Positions 31,914-43,209 of a DNA stretch of 64,000 nt are shown one piece after another (the stretch's first letter is position 1; each line of letters starts with the position of its first letter). Location: the IMG/VR virus record IMGVR_UViG_2778261352_000001, positions 1-64,000 of that record. The stretch is one strand, 5' to 3'. The stretch comes from a virus. Lineage: Duplodnaviria > Heunggongvirae > Uroviricota > Caudoviricetes. The notes beneath the pieces are model-generated. The model was not told the DNA's origin. It searched no databases and worked only from the letters and a program-made list of their open reading frames with translations. Position numbers and translations under genes: made by a program.

Positions 31914-32225
31914 TTATTTCATCATGGAAGCTGTTAACGCTTTGGACCTTGCTGAACTGATTGAAAGGGCATTGTTTACCTTACCCAGGAGTTCGCCAAA
32001 TTCCCCCATCACTCTAGTAAGCCCGCGCCGCGCTTCCTCCTCCGTTGCATTCATCACAAAATGTTCAGCACTCCGCATGCTTTTAACGGGGAACGCAACA
32101 GATATCGAGTCGATATCAGGCATCCTATCGCTCAACTTTACGGTGACAATGACAGATGGTGACTGAATTTGAGAGCTTACAGACAGCACCACATATTTTC
32201 CGTCTATTTTGAATTCCTTCCGCAT
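31914..32225 (-). CDS. cra: Cra-like protein
   Basis: 103-aa ORF between cre and ref, ATG start; synteny. Confidence 0.4.
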   Translation of the reverse strand: MRKEFKIDGKYVVLSVSSQIQSPSVIVTVKLSDRMPDIDSISVAFPVKSMRSAEHFVMNATEEEARRGLTRVMGEFGELLGKVNNALSISSARSKALTASMMK

Positions 32226-32241
32226 GTGTCACCATAAATAT

Positions 32242-32258
32242 CAAATAATTAGAGCAAT
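32242..32258 (-). promoter_or_regulatory. C1 repressor operator
   Basis: reverse complement ATTGCTCTAATTATTTG, 17 nt upstream of cra start. Confidence 0.55.
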
Positions 32259-32275
32259 CAAGCGCAAATGAACGG

Positions 32276-33307
32276 CTAATCGCCATCTTCCAGCAGGCGC
32301 ACCATTGCCCCCGTTTCACTATCCAGATTACGGATATAGTTCATGACAATATTTACGTTGGTCCAGCCACCAGCTTGCATGATCTCCGGTATTGAAACTC
32401 CGGCGCGGGCCATATCTCGCGCGGCTCCGACACGGGCACTGTGTCCAGACCAAGCCAGGTACCTCTGGCCAGAGTCATCCTTAGCCCCGTAAATCAATCG
32501 GTGAGTTGCTTCAAAAATCCCTTCCAGGGCGCGAGTTGATAGCTGGCTGGTGGATGATGGCGAGGCAACACCATTTTTTCTGACCCGGCAAAACAAGTAG
32601 TTATTCGGATCATCAGCCACACCAGAGACAGAAATCCATCGCTCGACCAGTTTAGTTACCCCCAGGCTAAGCGCCTTCTCTACACCTGCGGTGCTAACCA
32701 GCGTTTTCGTTCTGCCAATATGGATTAACATTCTCCCACCGTCAGTACGTGAGATATCTTTAACCCTGATCCTGGCAATTTCGGCTATACGTAACAGGGT
32801 GTTATAAGCAATCCCCAGAAATGCCAGATTACGTATATCCTGGCAGCGATCGCTATTTTCCATGAGTGAACGAACCTGGTCGAAATCAGTGCGTTCGAAC
32901 GCTAGTGCCTGTTTTGCACGTTCACCGGCATCAACGTTTTCTTTTCGGATCCGCCGCATGACCAGTGAAACAGCATTGCTGTCACTTGGTCGTGGCAGCC
33001 CGGACCGACGATGAAGCATGTTTAGCTGGCCCAAATGTTGCTGGATAGTTTTTACTGCCAGACCGCGCGCCTGAAGATATAGAAGATAATCGCGAACATC
33101 TTCAGGTTCTGCGGGAAACCATTTCCGGTTATTCAACTTGCACCATGCCGCCCATGACCGGCAAACGGACAGAAGCATTTTCCAGGTATGCTCAGAAAAC
33201 GCCTGGCGATCCCTGAACATGTCCATCAGGTTCTTGCGAACCTCATCACTCGTTGCATCGACCGGTAATGCAGGCAAATTTTGGTGTACGGTCAGTAAAT
33301 TGGACAT
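32276..33307 (-). CDS. cre: Cre tyrosine recombinase
   Basis: 343 aa, MSNLLTVHQNLPALPVDATSDEVRKNLMDMFRDRQAFSEHTWKMLLSVCRSWAAWCKLNNRKWFPAEPEDVRDYLLYLQARGLAVKT... matches Cre. Confidence 0.97.
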   Translation of the reverse strand: MSNLLTVHQNLPALPVDATSDEVRKNLMDMFRDRQAFSEHTWKMLLSVCRSWAAWCKLNNRKWFPAEPEDVRDYLLYLQARGLAVKTIQQHLGQLNMLHRRSGLPRPSDSNAVSLVMRRIRKENVDAGERAKQALAFERTDFDQVRSLMENSDRCQDIRNLAFLGIAYNTLLRIAEIARIRVKDISRTDGGRMLIHIGRTKTLVSTAGVEKALSLGVTKLVERWISVSGVADDPNNYLFCRVRKNGVASPSSTSQLSTRALEGIFEATHRLIYGAKDDSGQRYLAWSGHSARVGAARDMARAGVSIPEIMQAGGWTNVNIVMNYIRNLDSETGAMVRLLEDGD

Positions 33308-33725
33308 TTAACACTCAGATAATGGTTTTAAGTAAAGTGTACAGGATCGGCTCTGCCTTTACCTGTTTATGATTCTCGTCATAGAAACGCCAGCGACCGC
33401 GCGTGCGTTCTATTTTCTCTTCACCGCGCGATAATGACAGTTGACAACTATCACGATCAAACCCTTTTGCCCGCCAGTAACCACGGTTTTTCTCAAGCTC
33501 AAGATGAGTGGACACTTTAGCAGCTGAATATCCCATTTTTCACCTCTGATTGATTGGTGGTGCTAAGTGCGCTACGCGAAATCTGGAGCACTAACACTGC
33601 CAACATTTCGCAGATTTTACGTAGCGCAACCTTGATCAAATGATCAAGTGATCACTATTTGACCTGATAAGGTATTGAACTGTATGGATTTACAGGTAAA
33701 TTGATCATGTTCAATAACCCTTAAG

Positions 33726-33759
33726 ATAACTTCGTATAATGTATGCTATACGAAGTTAT
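33726..33759 (+). other. loxP: loxP recombination site
   Basis: exact ATAACTTCGTATA-ATGTATGC-TATACGAAGTTAT. Confidence 0.97.
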
Positions 33760-33802
33760 TAGGTCCGAAGAGGAGTTTACGTCCAGCTGCGCATAAAAAT
33801 CA

Positions 33803-33819
33803 AGAATTATTAGAGCAAT
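33803..33819 (-). promoter_or_regulatory. C1 repressor operator (Op99-like)
   Basis: reverse complement ATTGCTCTAATAATTCT upstream of coi/c1. Confidence 0.55.
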
Positions 33820-33885
33820 AAATTTTGAGAGAAAAATCCCACTCCACCAGCCAAAAACTGGATTGTTTTTCATAGTTGTTTGACA

Positions 33886-33902
33886 ATTGCTCTAATAAAT
33901 TA
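33886..33902 (+). promoter_or_regulatory. C1 repressor operator overlapping c1/coi promoter
   Basis: ATTGCTCTAATAAATTA immediately after TTGACA -35 hexamer (33880-33885). Confidence 0.65.
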
Positions 33903-34140
33903 TAGTTTTGCCGCCGTTTCGTAATACGACTTTGGATTCACTATTTAATGTGTCTTCAGCGTTGTAGAGCGGCTCAGAAGGAAATGAGCAAACAGGGAAA
34001 CCTTATACAACGGCATTACAGCTATGCATTGCTCATCTTACACACAGCGCAATGTTGTTAGATTACCCCAGCATGGATCATGGGTGAAACAGTAGGTCAG
34101 AGCTTCAGGCTCTGTGTTGTCAATACAGTGAGGCATAATT

Positions 34141-34350
34141 ATGGCTTTCATTCCACCAACCATCGACGACGTTAGACATTGCTCTAACGCTTTATCTGTA
34201 GACCCCGCCGAAACCGACGCTGCCCGCGCCATTGCTGAACACTACTCAAAGATATCCAATCAGGAGTACCGCATCACCCAAGACGACCTGGATGATCTCA
34301 CTGACACAATCGAATATCTCATGGCCACTAACCAGCCAGACTCACAATAA
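34141..34350 (+). CDS. coi: C1 inactivator Coi
   Basis: 69 aa immediately upstream of c1, as in P1. Confidence 0.85.
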   Translation: MAFIPPTIDDVRHCSNALSVDPAETDAARAIAEHYSKISNQEYRITQDDLDDLTDTIEYLMATNQPDSQ

Positions 34351-34460
34351 ATGCACTAATAAATCTATTATTTTCGTTGGATCCTTCTATAATGGTGGCC
34401 AACAACTCCCAGTGTAATCCGCTGTGAGTTGTTGGCCATGTCAATTCTGGAGGAGGATCA

Positions 34461-35312
34461 ATGATAAATTATGTCTACGGCGAACAACTGTACCAGGAGT
34501 TCGTCAGCTTCAGGGATCTCTTTCTAAAAAAAGCTGTTGCACGCGCCCAACACGTTGATGCCGCCAGCGACGGTCGTCCTGTACGCCCGGTTGTCGTTCT
34601 GCCGTTTAAAGAAACGGACAGCATTCAGGCTGAAATTGATAAATGGACTTTAATGGCGCGGGAACTGGAACAGTACCCAGACCTCAATATCCCAAAGACT
34701 ATTTTATATCCAGTGCCTAACATCCTTCGCGGTGTGCGTAAGGTTACGACTTATCAGACAGAAGCTGTGAACAGCGTCAACATGACCGCTGGCCGCATTA
34801 TTCATCTGATTGATAAGGACATTCGCATCCAAAAAAGCGCGGGGATCAATGAGCACAGTGCGAAATACATAGAGAACCTGGAAGCAACAAAAGAGCTAAT
34901 GAAGCAGTACCCGGAGGATGAAAAATTCCGTATGCGCGTACACGGCTTTAGCGAAACAATGCTGCGCGTCCATTACATTTCCAGTAGCCCTAACTACAAT
35001 GATGGTAAATCAGTTAGTTACCATGTGCCGCTATGTGGTGTGTTTATCTGCGATGAAACTCTCCGTGATGGAATCATCATCAACGGTGAATTCGAGAAAG
35101 CAAAATTTAGCCTTTATGACTCTATAGAACCGATCATCTGCGACCGCTGGCCGCAGGCAAAAATATATCGCCTGGCAGATATTGAAAATGTAAAAAAACA
35201 AATTGCCATCACTCGCGAAGAGAAAAAGGTCAAATCAGCCGCATCAGTTACGCGCAGCCGTAAAACTAAGAAGGGGCAGCCAGTAAACGACAACCCCGAA
35301 AGCGCGCAATAG
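34461..35312 (+). CDS. c1: C1 repressor of lysis
   Basis: 283 aa, MINYVYGEQLYQEFVSFRDLFLKK...; cognate 17-bp operators throughout window. Confidence 0.95.
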   Translation: MINYVYGEQLYQEFVSFRDLFLKKAVARAQHVDAASDGRPVRPVVVLPFKETDSIQAEIDKWTLMARELEQYPDLNIPKTILYPVPNILRGVRKVTTYQTEAVNSVNMTAGRIIHLIDKDIRIQKSAGINEHSAKYIENLEATKELMKQYPEDEKFRMRVHGFSETMLRVHYISSSPNYNDGKSVSYHVPLCGVFICDETLRDGIIINGEFEKAKFSLYDSIEPIICDRWPQAKIYRLADIENVKKQIAITREEKKVKSAASVTRSRKTKKGQPVNDNPESAQ

Positions 35313-35336
35313 TTTCTATCCGGCATGGTCAATGAG

Positions 35337-36821
35337 TTATTCATTAAGCCATGCCAGAGCTTCATCAACCTGCGCTTCGTCTTCGACGCTAAGCACTTCA
35401 TCCTGGGGAACATAATCCGCCAGCATAGCGAAACAATATGTATCCCAATGGTCTGGTGAGTGCAGGTTGAGTTTTTTCTTCATATCCTCCTTACTCATCA
35501 CCTTCCATTGACCTGCGGAGTTAATCCCTACAGGGATTTTCGACGCTTCCTCAATAGTTTCATTACCCTTATCCAGTCTCATACGACCAGATTTTACGGC
35601 CTCTGCGGCTTGAACGTTGGCATAAGCACGTTTATCAAAGTACAGGCTCTTATCTTCACGGCTATGCATCTTTTTACCCCAGCGTATACGCTGTACGGTA
35701 ATACCATAATACTCGTACATCAGATCCGCCGTTGCTTTACCCAGGCCATCGCCGTCTATCGCTATGGTGATATTTGGGAATCGCTCAGGATTACATTCTG
35801 CGAAAATTTTGGCGGCAAGCTGCGTTTCTGTAACGTCTGTGTATTTCAGCATTCGATAGTTGATTACACGGCGTTTATTTCGCTGGCCGGACACCATCAT
35901 GATATTGATAACGGACTTATCCCGTCCCGTACCACCAGCAACGTCCACACATGCAAGCCAGCCCCATCCTTTGGCAATCTTGACTTTCCGCCGCGTTGCA
36001 CGTTCAACCTCATCACGTCCAAGAAGGAAGCCATCCTGTGATTTAGGAAATAGGCCGCGTACCTTAATCATGTACATAGGGTTATCACGCCCGCCGTACT
36101 CCGCCAGCTTCATTTTGATAAATGCTGGCGTTACCAGCGGTGATTCCTCACTGTTAAGCGTGATCGCCGTATAAACGCCATCAGGGTTACCAGGACGCTT
36201 GGCCAGTTTATGGTGAGTATCGTAGAAATACCCGCTTGGGCGTGTAGGCTGTGACAGCAATAAGATGCGGTTATCCAGTCCGGTAAGAGCACCGGTGATG
36301 ATACCGAAAGCTCTATCACTGACACCGGAGGCTTCATCGATAATATACAGAAGATGATCTGCGTGTTCACCTGCGAGAGCTTCTTCACTTCCCAGACGAA
36401 AGCCCTTCGGTACTACAGTCCATACACCTTTACCAGTAACTTCATAAAAAGCGGTTTCTGTCAGAACAAAATAATCAGCAAGCCATGGAAAACGGCTGGT
36501 GGCCGTAGCCCAGTTTATCTTGATGTACTTGAATATACCGGTCATTACCTGCTGAATTTTGTTCGCAACGATAATGGCACGGGCACCGGGATACATGATT
36601 ATGAACAACATGATCATGATAGAAGTCATGTCTGATTTCCCGGTACCGTGACCAGACGAAACAGATGTCTTGCTACCCTGTTCCTGCACAGACTCAATAA
36701 TCAGATCCTGCTGCCAGGTAGGTGTTTTGCCGAACAAAACATCAGCGGCAGCAATCCAGTCATAACGATATAGCGCCACCAGCTCGCGCCAACGTGGATC
36801 CGTTACGCAACTTCTGGCCAT
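35337..36821 (-). CDS. pacB: terminase large subunit PacB
   Basis: 494 aa, Walker A GHGTGKS, Walker [10 protein letters not shown]-terminal nuclease region. Confidence 0.9.
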   Translation of the reverse strand: MARSCVTDPRWRELVALYRYDWIAAADVLFGKTPTWQQDLIIESVQEQGSKTSVSSGHGTGKSDMTSIMIMLFIIMYPGARAIIVANKIQQVMTGIFKYIKINWATATSRFPWLADYFVLTETAFYEVTGKGVWTVVPKGFRLGSEEALAGEHADHLLYIIDEASGVSDRAFGIITGALTGLDNRILLLSQPTRPSGYFYDTHHKLAKRPGNPDGVYTAITLNSEESPLVTPAFIKMKLAEYGGRDNPMYMIKVRGLFPKSQDGFLLGRDEVERATRRKVKIAKGWGWLACVDVAGGTGRDKSVINIMMVSGQRNKRRVINYRMLKYTDVTETQLAAKIFAECNPERFPNITIAIDGDGLGKATADLMYEYYGITVQRIRWGKKMHSREDKSLYFDKRAYANVQAAEAVKSGRMRLDKGNETIEEASKIPVGINSAGQWKVMSKEDMKKKLNLHSPDHWDTYCFAMLADYVPQDEVLSVEDEAQVDEALAWLNE

Positions 36822-38014
36822 TAATCATCATCCCCGTATAGCTTGCGGGTAACTTCTTCGTCTTCCTCCTCGTCTTCGTCCAGGTCTTGTTCCAGCCATG
36901 GGTCGTTTGATACACCTTCAGTATCAACATCTCCATAACCGCCTGTATCAACGATATCGGCGATTTCTTCCCTACGTTGCTCAATCCACAATGCAGCATC
37001 GGCGCGGCGGTTGGCGGCCCGTTCTCGCGCAACTTTGTCCAGATCTTCAAGAGAAGGGCCACCGACGGCAGTTTGCCTTTCCTCATCATCGGCATTTGTC
37101 TTAGGAGCACGCAGATCGGCTTTGATTTGCTCCAGCATCAGGGGCGGCACTTTCCCTCCATGCGCCTCGATGAATTCAGCCGCTTCCAGCACTGACCAGT
37201 TATTTTCACGCTTTCGTTCGTATGCCAGCTTAACAATGCCAGCTTGCCCCATAGATAAAGCGTGCTTTTCCGCCTCCCGGCTTTCTTTTCGATAGTTATT
37301 GCGGATGCTGTAAATGGTGTTGATCAGGCTGCTTATCTGCGCGGAACAGCTGTTTAGCATGCTCGCGATACGGTATTCAGGCGGAGTACCTTCATCATCG
37401 TCTTTTTGCTGATCGCGCATTTCCTGCACCAAGCGAATACACGTATCCCGGGCGTTCTCCAGCATAAGGAGATGAGAAAGAGACTTTTCCAGAAGAGTGG
37501 TTTCCAGAACATCAGCTCCGGAACGACGCAACATAGCGCGCGCGGCCTTCCGCGCTTCAACGTTATCTATCAGGTAATCGCCCGCTTCGAATTCAAAGCG
37601 TTCACCATCATCATCCAGGGTGTCGCGTTCCAGGCGATCACGTAAGGTCCGGTGGGCGCGGGTGATCACGTCATGATCATCTGAACGATCATTTATGCGC
37701 TTATTTTGGCGCTTCGCATTCCCGACTGCGGCACTGACAACGGCATTAACCCTTTGTTTTTCCGCTATTTCAGCCGCAATGTGATCACATGTATGTTGAT
37801 CATTAGAGTGATCAATGATCATGCTTTTTAGTGGCTTCCTGACTGGCTTATTTGGCTTGCGGCTGTCCGCTGTCCTGGTGTCTTCTTTGAAGGCACGGAG
37901 ATAACGACGTGCAGTATTAGGGTTAAGATTAAACTCGGCGGCATACTGTGCGATGGTGTAACCACCATCTCGCGCCAGGCGAGCAAAATTCTTCTTGTGA
38001 TCGTCCCAGGTCAC
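36821..38014 (-). CDS. pacA: terminase small/pac-recognition subunit PacA
   Basis: 397 aa, GTG start with AAGGAAG RBS, contains pac site. Confidence 0.9.
   Translation of the reverse strand: MTWDDHKKNFARLARDGGYTIAQYAAEFNLNPNTARRYLRAFKEDTRTADSRKPNKPVRKPLKSMIIDHSNDQHTCDHIAAEIAEKQRVNAVVSAAVGNAKRQNKRINDRSDDHDVITRAHRTLRDRLERDTLDDDGERFEFEAGDYLIDNVEARKAARAMLRRSGADVLETTLLEKSLSHLLMLENARDTCIRLVQEMRDQQKDDDEGTPPEYRIASMLNSCSAQISSLINTIYSIRNNYRKESREAEKHALSMGQAGIVKLAYERKRENNWSVLEAAEFIEAHGGKVPPLMLEQIKADLRAPKTNADDEERQTAVGGPSLEDLDKVARERAANRRADAALWIEQRREEIADIVDTGGYGDVDTEGVSNDPWLEQDLDEDEEEDEEVTRKLYGDDD
37636..37821. other. pac: pac packaging site (clustered TGATCA hexamers with Dam sites)
   Basis: two clusters of TGATCA/GATC (37636-37691 and 37782-37821) inside the 5' part of pacA. 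Confidence 0.65.
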
Positions 38015-38099
38015 TTATGCTTCCTTTCGTAAAAACTCTTTTTGACGCGAGGGTAACGAAAGTCACATGTCAAAAGGCCCGGAACGGGCAAGCAATCAA

Positions 38100-38552
38100 T
38101 CAGATACGTGCGGATGTGGCATTACCGTAATGACGGTGCTGACGGGCCACCTTATTGAAAAGTTGACGCGCCATTACCCAAGGCTGGTGCTCCCGGCGTT
38201 CCTTTTCGTCCTGCGTCATATAGAGTTCGTTCTGGAGTTTTTCATCAAACCGGCGCGGTGCGCGGCTGCGGCGAAAGAATTCAGGGTTCAGAGAGTGGAT
38301 CTGAAATCTACGTGGGCGTGTACTATCGTCAATCAAAACAGACGAATACTTAGACACAGCGATAGCCTTTAAGCGCAGATAAACGTCGCGCTTATCGACA
38401 TCCAGATGCGGGTATTCCTTTTCAAGGATTGCTGCGAGTTCTTTCGCTGATAGAAGAGATTTAGTGCGGATCATGTAATCCGCAATCTCATACGATGTTA
38501 TTCGTGAGTGATTTATTTCCATGAAGTGGCGTCCCTGCCAGTTAAGTAACAT
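38100..38552 (-). CDS. lpa: late promoter activator Lpa-like
   Basis: 150 aa upstream of pacA, preceded by C1 operator; synteny. Confidence 0.55.
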   Translation of the reverse strand: MLLNWQGRHFMEINHSRITSYEIADYMIRTKSLLSAKELAAILEKEYPHLDVDKRDVYLRLKAIAVSKYSSVLIDDSTRPRRFQIHSLNPEFFRRSRAPRRFDEKLQNELYMTQDEKERREHQPWVMARQLFNKVARQHRHYGNATSARI

Positions 38553-38622
38553 CCTGTCACCTACTGATTAGCCCATGTCAACTAATCAACGTGGAATATA
38601 ATACCCTCGATTAAAGAAATAG

Positions 38623-38639
38623 CAACACATTAGAGCAAT
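38623..38639 (-). promoter_or_regulatory. C1 repressor operator (lpa)
   Basis: reverse complement ATTGCTCTAATGTGTTG. Confidence 0.5.
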
Positions 38640-38640
38640 T

Positions 38641-39684
38641 TTATCTAACGCTCGACGAATGACTTGTGATAGCGCCGACTCCAAGCGCGTAATCAAAGAA
38701 CAATCGTTGATGCATCGCCAGCCTGCCGTGCGTTTTCTCCCAATTATCGCGGTCACGCTCAATATCACGCTGGCATGACTGGCACAGAGGAATTGCGTAA
38801 ATGTCATGCGCGCATAATCGACTATGACGAACGATATAAGGCGTAATGTGAGCGCCAGCTCCCGCAGCTCCACACCCACAGCATGGACGGGAAGCAACAA
38901 AGTCCATGTACTCAGGTAATTTTAGCGATTGCAGTTTTGGTATTTTGAAATGCGCCATGCCAGGGTCGGAGTCAACATCCACAGGGCATACTTTTGCTCG
39001 CATCGGCGCGGCGCGTTCTTCCATCATCTGAACATATGCTGTAGCGCGATCGTCATACGGGCGAATATCCGCCTCTTTCAGAGGCCCGCTATCCTGCGTT
39101 GCAGTCTTAATCTTATTTATTGATATACGGCAGACTTCTTCCGGCATCAGGTGCATCATGTCGCGCATGAAAGCCCACCAGCACAGTTCCTGAATACTTA
39201 AATCATGGCCATCTGAAAGCCCCATTTCCTGACGGGCGACATCCAGTATCCAGTTAACGCGATTATTATGCAGCGTTTCTTTCAGCTCATTAAAACCACG
39301 CATCCGGTAATGGTTATCGTGATGCCAGCACAACAACACCGCGCTATTGTCTCGTTCTGCGTGGACAATATGGTTGTCACACCAGCTACGATCTGCGGCC
39401 TGGCATTGTCCCTCTTTCCTGCGCAACCACGCCACCAGCGCGTCAATTCCACCAATACGGCGAAACAGTTCATCGCTGTTAAAAAACGGCTGCAACGCCT
39501 CATTTGTTGCCATGGTTTGCTCGGTAACAACGAGGCCGTCTTCCATGTGCTCGATTAACTCACGCGGCACCGGCTCCATAATAAATTTACGGCCAGCCTC
39601 CACCAGCTTTCTGACCTCCTGATCCACTTTGAACGTGGCGAGGCCAAGCTCTTTCTGTACAAAGGGAGTAATTACGGCTTTCAC
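38641..39684 (-). CDS. PdcB-like protein
   Basis: 347 aa downstream of doc; Cys-rich C-terminus; synteny. Confidence 0.45.
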   Translation of the reverse strand: MKAVITPFVQKELGLATFKVDQEVRKLVEAGRKFIMEPVPRELIEHMEDGLVVTEQTMATNEALQPFFNSDELFRRIGGIDALVAWLRRKEGQCQAADRSWCDNHIVHAERDNSAVLLCWHHDNHYRMRGFNELKETLHNNRVNWILDVARQEMGLSDGHDLSIQELCWWAFMRDMMHLMPEEVCRISINKIKTATQDSGPLKEADIRPYDDRATAYVQMMEERAAPMRAKVCPVDVDSDPGMAHFKIPKLQSLKLPEYMDFVASRPCCGCGAAGAGAHITPYIVRHSRLCAHDIYAIPLCQSCQRDIERDRDNWEKTHGRLAMHQRLFFDYALGVGAITSHSSSVR

Positions 39685-39711
39685 ATCACACCTTTCATCA
39701 CTGATTGGGCT

Positions 39712-39891
39712 TTATCTGCTGCCCGGCATTCTCTGTTTAAGCACAACCATTTCCTGACGGCATAACACAGCAATAGCGGTCCTGGCACCAATTTGCTTAC
39801 CAACCAGGTATTGCTTTACCTTGCGGCGACTCACGCCATCAAGAAGCATCTTTAACGCTTCACGGGACAATTTGTTGTATTTACGTGCCAT
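39712..39891 (-). CDS. PdcA-like small basic protein
   Basis: 59 aa from ATG 39891 (track ORF begins further upstream and would overlap doc). Confidence 0.35.
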   Translation of the reverse strand: MARKYNKLSREALKMLLDGVSRRKVKQYLVGKQIGARTAIAVLCRQEMVVLKQRMPGSR

Positions 39892-39895
39892 TAAT

Positions 39896-40276
39896 CTACT
39901 CCGCGGAACCATACAATCTACGTAACGTGTCGGCGACAGAAGATACAGATATCTCTCCGGTCGCAGCCCCTACGGTAAGGTCTGCCAGTTCAGGTGAATC
40001 AAATACCTGCACCCCGTTACGGCGTAGAAATAACAGCGCACTGTTTAGCGCGGTACGCTTATTGGCATCATTGAATATATGCCCTCTCGCTGTAGCCACC
40101 AGGTAGGTGGCGGAGACTTCGAAAAGGTCGGTGATCTCTTCGTAGGCAACTCTGGCCTGAACTCTCCCGATAATGGCCTCTGCCCTACCCGGATCTGACA
40201 TTCCCGGCAGGCCGCCGTAGCGGTTTATATTCGCATCATGAAGCGCAATAAGTTCTTCCGGTGATATATGCCTCAT
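39896..40276 (-). CDS. doc: Doc toxin (Fic-fold kinase)
   Basis: 126 aa, [43 protein letters not shown]... matches Doc. Confidence 0.95.
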   Translation of the reverse strand: MRHISPEELIALHDANINRYGGLPGMSDPGRAEAIIGRVQARVAYEEITDLFEVSATYLVATARGHIFNDANKRTALNSALLFLRRNGVQVFDSPELADLTVGAATGEISVSSVADTLRRLYGSAE

Positions 40277-40497
40277 TATCGGTTAACCAGTTCCTTGTTG
40301 GTGGAGTCCAGGGTGTCAAACAGGGATGCAAATTCAGCATCCAGCGCCGCTTTTTTGTAGGCTTCGAAAGTAGCCTTGCTGACAATTACTGCTGGCTCAC
40401 GGCCTCTGCGGGTGATTTCAACCTCTTCCCCGGCTTCAACATTGTTGAGCACTTCAGAAAGGTTGCCGCGCGCGGTACGGAAGTTAATGGATTGCAT
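40276..40497 (-). CDS. phd: Phd antitoxin
   Basis: 73 aa, [73 protein letters not shown]. Confidence 0.9.
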   Translation of the reverse strand: MQSINFRTARGNLSEVLNNVEAGEEVEITRRGREPAVIVSKATFEAYKKAALDAEFASLFDTLDSTNKELVNR

Positions 40498-40569
40498 AAA
40501 CACCTCGTGTACTCGTTATGTGTACACAATTATAAACCTCACAGGCATAAAGCACCAGCTCTTTGCAGC

Positions 40570-40959
40570 TTAAATAACCGGACAATCATCAAACTCCCCA
40601 CTTCGGGCATCATTGATGACATGAGTGATCACACCAAAAACAGCATTACTGCCCGTGCATCCATCGTCATCTACTGGTAATGCCTCTTTCTTCCCGGTGC
40701 TTAAATCCTCCAGGTGCTGGCGCGGATACTTTCGGTATCTCTTTATGCGATATTCACCCTCCATAGCGCACACAAGCAGAGAACCATCAACCGGAGTAAG
40801 CGAGGAATCAACCACCAGCAAAGCACCCTGCAATATTCCCTCACGGTGATGGCTATCAGCTGCCCGCATGAAGTAGGTTGCTGATGGATGCCTGATTAGT
40901 TGCTGATCAAGAGAAATTCGGCTTTCAACATAATCCGCCGCAGGAGAAGGGAAGCCCAT
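40570..40959 (-). CDS. humD: HumD (UmuD homologue, LexA-like S24 peptidase)
   Basis: 129 aa; UmuD-like C-terminal domain; LexA box upstream. Confidence 0.8.
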   Translation of the reverse strand: MGFPSPAADYVESRISLDQQLIRHPSATYFMRAADSHHREGILQGALLVVDSSLTPVDGSLLVCAMEGEYRIKRYRKYPRQHLEDLSTGKKEALPVDDDGCTGSNAVFGVITHVINDARSGEFDDCPVI

Positions 40960-40980
40960 AGCGTTTTCACCTCAACAATA

Positions 40981-40996
40981 CTGTTCATTTATACAG
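40981..40996. promoter_or_regulatory. LexA (SOS) box
   Basis: taCTGTTCATTTATACAGta matches CTG-N10-CAG, 22 bp upstream of humD ATG. Confidence 0.6.
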
Positions 40997-41133
40997 TATA
41001 CATTAAAGAGACACCTTTGGTGCAAACGCGTTACGTACATCAACCACCGCTGATGATTTTGTGCTCTTTGCTACTATTCATCACCAACGGATCAGCGTAA
41101 CCTCGTTGCCAATCAGTTAATAAGGAATTAGCT

Positions 41134-41718
41134 ATGCCTAATCGCATTCCTCTCGATCCTGTATTGCCCAAAAATTTTGACTGCACTCCTAACGAGAAAC
41201 GCTCTAAAACTCAGCTGGACGCCTGGTGGGACCATCCCTATGGGGTTACAGAACATGACGGGAAAATTGTTGTTTATTGTCTGAATGGTGGCGCGTGGGA
41301 CCGTCCATCCGTGCTTGGTTTGGCAAATAACTATGATGAAGCCTGTGAACTTGCCGAAAGACAGCAGGCTAGATGGGTGAAAACACGTTCTGAACCGACA
41401 TTCATGTTTTCAAAAGAACCGCCATTTATACTGGCGAGGATGCCGCAGCGACCGGATCATCAACAAGAAATTGTTGCTGAATTTTCCTCAAGGGATGAGA
41501 TGAATCTCTTCTCATTAAAGCAGGAAGAAAGGGATCGCGTCGAAGTGTCTCCAACTCTCGACCACAACCAGATGAACCTGGCCCAACTCGCCTGGTACAG
41601 CAAAGAATTAGAGATGTCTATTGCCCGGCTTGAAAACGAAAAAGCCGCTATCCAAGCCCAGCACGAAGTAGTTCTGAACCGGATTAGAGAAATGCAAAAC
41701 GATAACAGGGGATTTTGA
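41134..41718 (+). CDS. hypothetical protein
   Basis: 194 aa, ATG start, divergent from humD. Confidence 0.45.
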   Translation: MPNRIPLDPVLPKNFDCTPNEKRSKTQLDAWWDHPYGVTEHDGKIVVYCLNGGAWDRPSVLGLANNYDEACELAERQQARWVKTRSEPTFMFSKEPPFILARMPQRPDHQQEIVAEFSSRDEMNLFSLKQEERDRVEVSPTLDHNQMNLAQLAWYSKELEMSIARLENEKAAIQAQHEVVLNRIREMQNDNRGF

Positions 41719-42081
41719 ATGGCTAAAATCGAGTACCATCGCGATCGCGGTAATTACCTGGAAATATACGATCATGAATCTCTTAACGATATCAACGATG
41801 CGTTATATGAATACTGTGAAAAAATGAGCATCACAGATACACCTGATGCATTTGTCGAGCTACCGGTATATCTCCGCGACATCTATGCAATACGGACGCC
41901 GCCCGTATCGGTAATTCACATTGGCTATGTCCGCCTGTCCATCGAAGAAGATGAAGATCGTTATATCGTGCGCCACTATACATTGGACAGAAAAGAGCTT
42001 CCCAATGAATGGAACATGAGTAATTTCTACAACGGTGAATATGGCTTAAAACCCGCTAAGAATGGCGCGGGCATTGCGTAA
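41719..42081 (+). CDS. hypothetical protein
   Basis: 120 aa, ATG one nt after upstream stop. Confidence 0.45.
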   Translation: MAKIEYHRDRGNYLEIYDHESLNDINDALYEYCEKMSITDTPDAFVELPVYLRDIYAIRTPPVSVIHIGYVRLSIEEDEDRYIVRHYTLDRKELPNEWNMSNFYNGEYGLKPAKNGAGIA

Positions 42082-42092
42082 TAGCCTAACAA

Positions 42093-42332
42093 CTATTCTG
42101 TTTTCTGATATGCCGGATCGCTCCCTTTTGGCAACTGGAGGCTTAACTGCCTGTAGTGCCGTAGCCGTTCCATGAAATAGGCGCGCAGGTTTTCCGGTTG
42201 CTCACGGGCCACCTGCTCTGCAATCACCGGTATATTCAGTCGTTCTTTGTAAGCAACGCCGCTGGCGGCAAGGTCTACGTTCACCTTGTCTCGCTCTTCC
42301 TGGCTTTTAGCTGCAATATTGCAGTTGCTCAT
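42093..42332 (-). CDS. hot: Hot (homologue of DNA polymerase III theta subunit HolE)
   Basis: [43 protein letters not shown] closely resembles E. coli HolE. Confidence 0.8.
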   Translation of the reverse strand: MSNCNIAAKSQEERDKVNVDLAASGVAYKERLNIPVIAEQVAREQPENLRAYFMERLRHYRQLSLQLPKGSDPAYQKTE

Positions 42333-42334
42333 GT

Positions 42335-42601
42335 TTAAAGCTCACATTTCCAGATGGTATTCTGAACACCCGAACCGGGAGCGAGATGGGGATTAGCGTT
42401 CGCGCTATGCTGATATACGGCTTTAGACTTCCCATATTGCTGACAGGCTTTATCTGCGGTTTTTTGCAAGCTATCAAGGCCATACCAACCATCTGACTGT
42501 ATGCTTACCTTTTCACCGTCGTTGTATTGCACCATTGCACACCCAGATATAGCCAGTATCGCGCCGACAATAACGCTTTTCCATAAAACTCTATACAACA
42601 T
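42335..42601 (-). CDS. lipoprotein (Plp-like)
   Basis: signal peptide with lipobox LAISGC; ATG 42601. Confidence 0.55.
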   Translation of the reverse strand: MLYRVLWKSVIVGAILAISGCAMVQYNDGEKVSIQSDGWYGLDSLQKTADKACQQYGKSKAVYQHSANANPHLAPGSGVQNTIWKCEL

Positions 42602-42646
42602 AGACAAAAATCCCCTCTGTGAATTGAGGGGATTTTAGCATGGTGA

Positions 42647-42934
42647 TCAGAGATCAGCTTTATGCAGAATTTTATCCACCAGCGATGTGATTTTTTCTGC
42701 CAGGTCATCATTACTTACCCAATCCTGGCGGGCAGCCAGAACGGGCGACAAAGTTAATATTAACTCTCGCCGTAATGATGCGTTCCGTGGTGCTAGTGGT
42801 GGTTTAAGCCCCTCGCTCCCTTGTATTTCTGGGGTATGCGGCTGATAGCCATTAATCATCCTTTTTTTCTCCATTTTCGGTGGGCGCGGACGCGGGAGAA
42901 TCATGATTCCTTTCTCTTCCTGCATACTGGGCAT
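42647..42934 (-). CDS. hypothetical protein
   Basis: 95-aa ORF, ATG start. Confidence 0.35.
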   Translation of the reverse strand: MPSMQEEKGIMILPRPRPPKMEKKRMINGYQPHTPEIQGSEGLKPPLAPRNASLRRELILTLSPVLAARQDWVSNDDLAEKITSLVDKILHKADL

Positions 42935-43209
42935 GTGTTCTCTGTGAAATATGGGAAACTATTATCCAGCTCATCTACCCACTGTTTATGGTCGAAGCAG
43001 AAAAATATCTCCCACGGCATTCCATATTCTTCCATCCATAGGCGGATCTGCATTTCTATTGGAATCGGCGGTATTGCAGACACCATATCAACAGGATAAC
43101 AGTTCAGACGACGTTCCAGTTCTTCTACTCTCTTCTGGAGATGAAATATCCGATCCAGATGCACACGCCGCTCCCGTGCCATTTTAAAATAAAGCTCGCC
43201 GGTCATCAT
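42901..43209 (-). CDS. hypothetical coiled-coil/Cys-motif protein (paralogue A)
   Basis: C-terminal WEIFFCFDHKQWVDELDNSFPYFTENTCPVCR shared with next gene. Confidence 0.45.
   Translation of the reverse strand: MMTGELYFKMARERRVHLDRIFHLQKRVEELERRLNCYPVDMVSAIPPIPIEMQIRLWMEEYGMPWEIFFCFDHKQWVDELDNSFPYFTENTCPVCRKRKES

Noticed and set aside
33315-33536. 73-aa ORF between loxP and cre
   Set aside because: Lies in the GATC-rich cre promoter region; no convincing RBS or recognisable fold; kept as doubtful rather than called
35114-35413. 99-aa minus-strand ORF overlapping the 3' end of c1
   Set aside because: Antisense to the well-supported C1 repressor gene and to the pacB terminus; no start context
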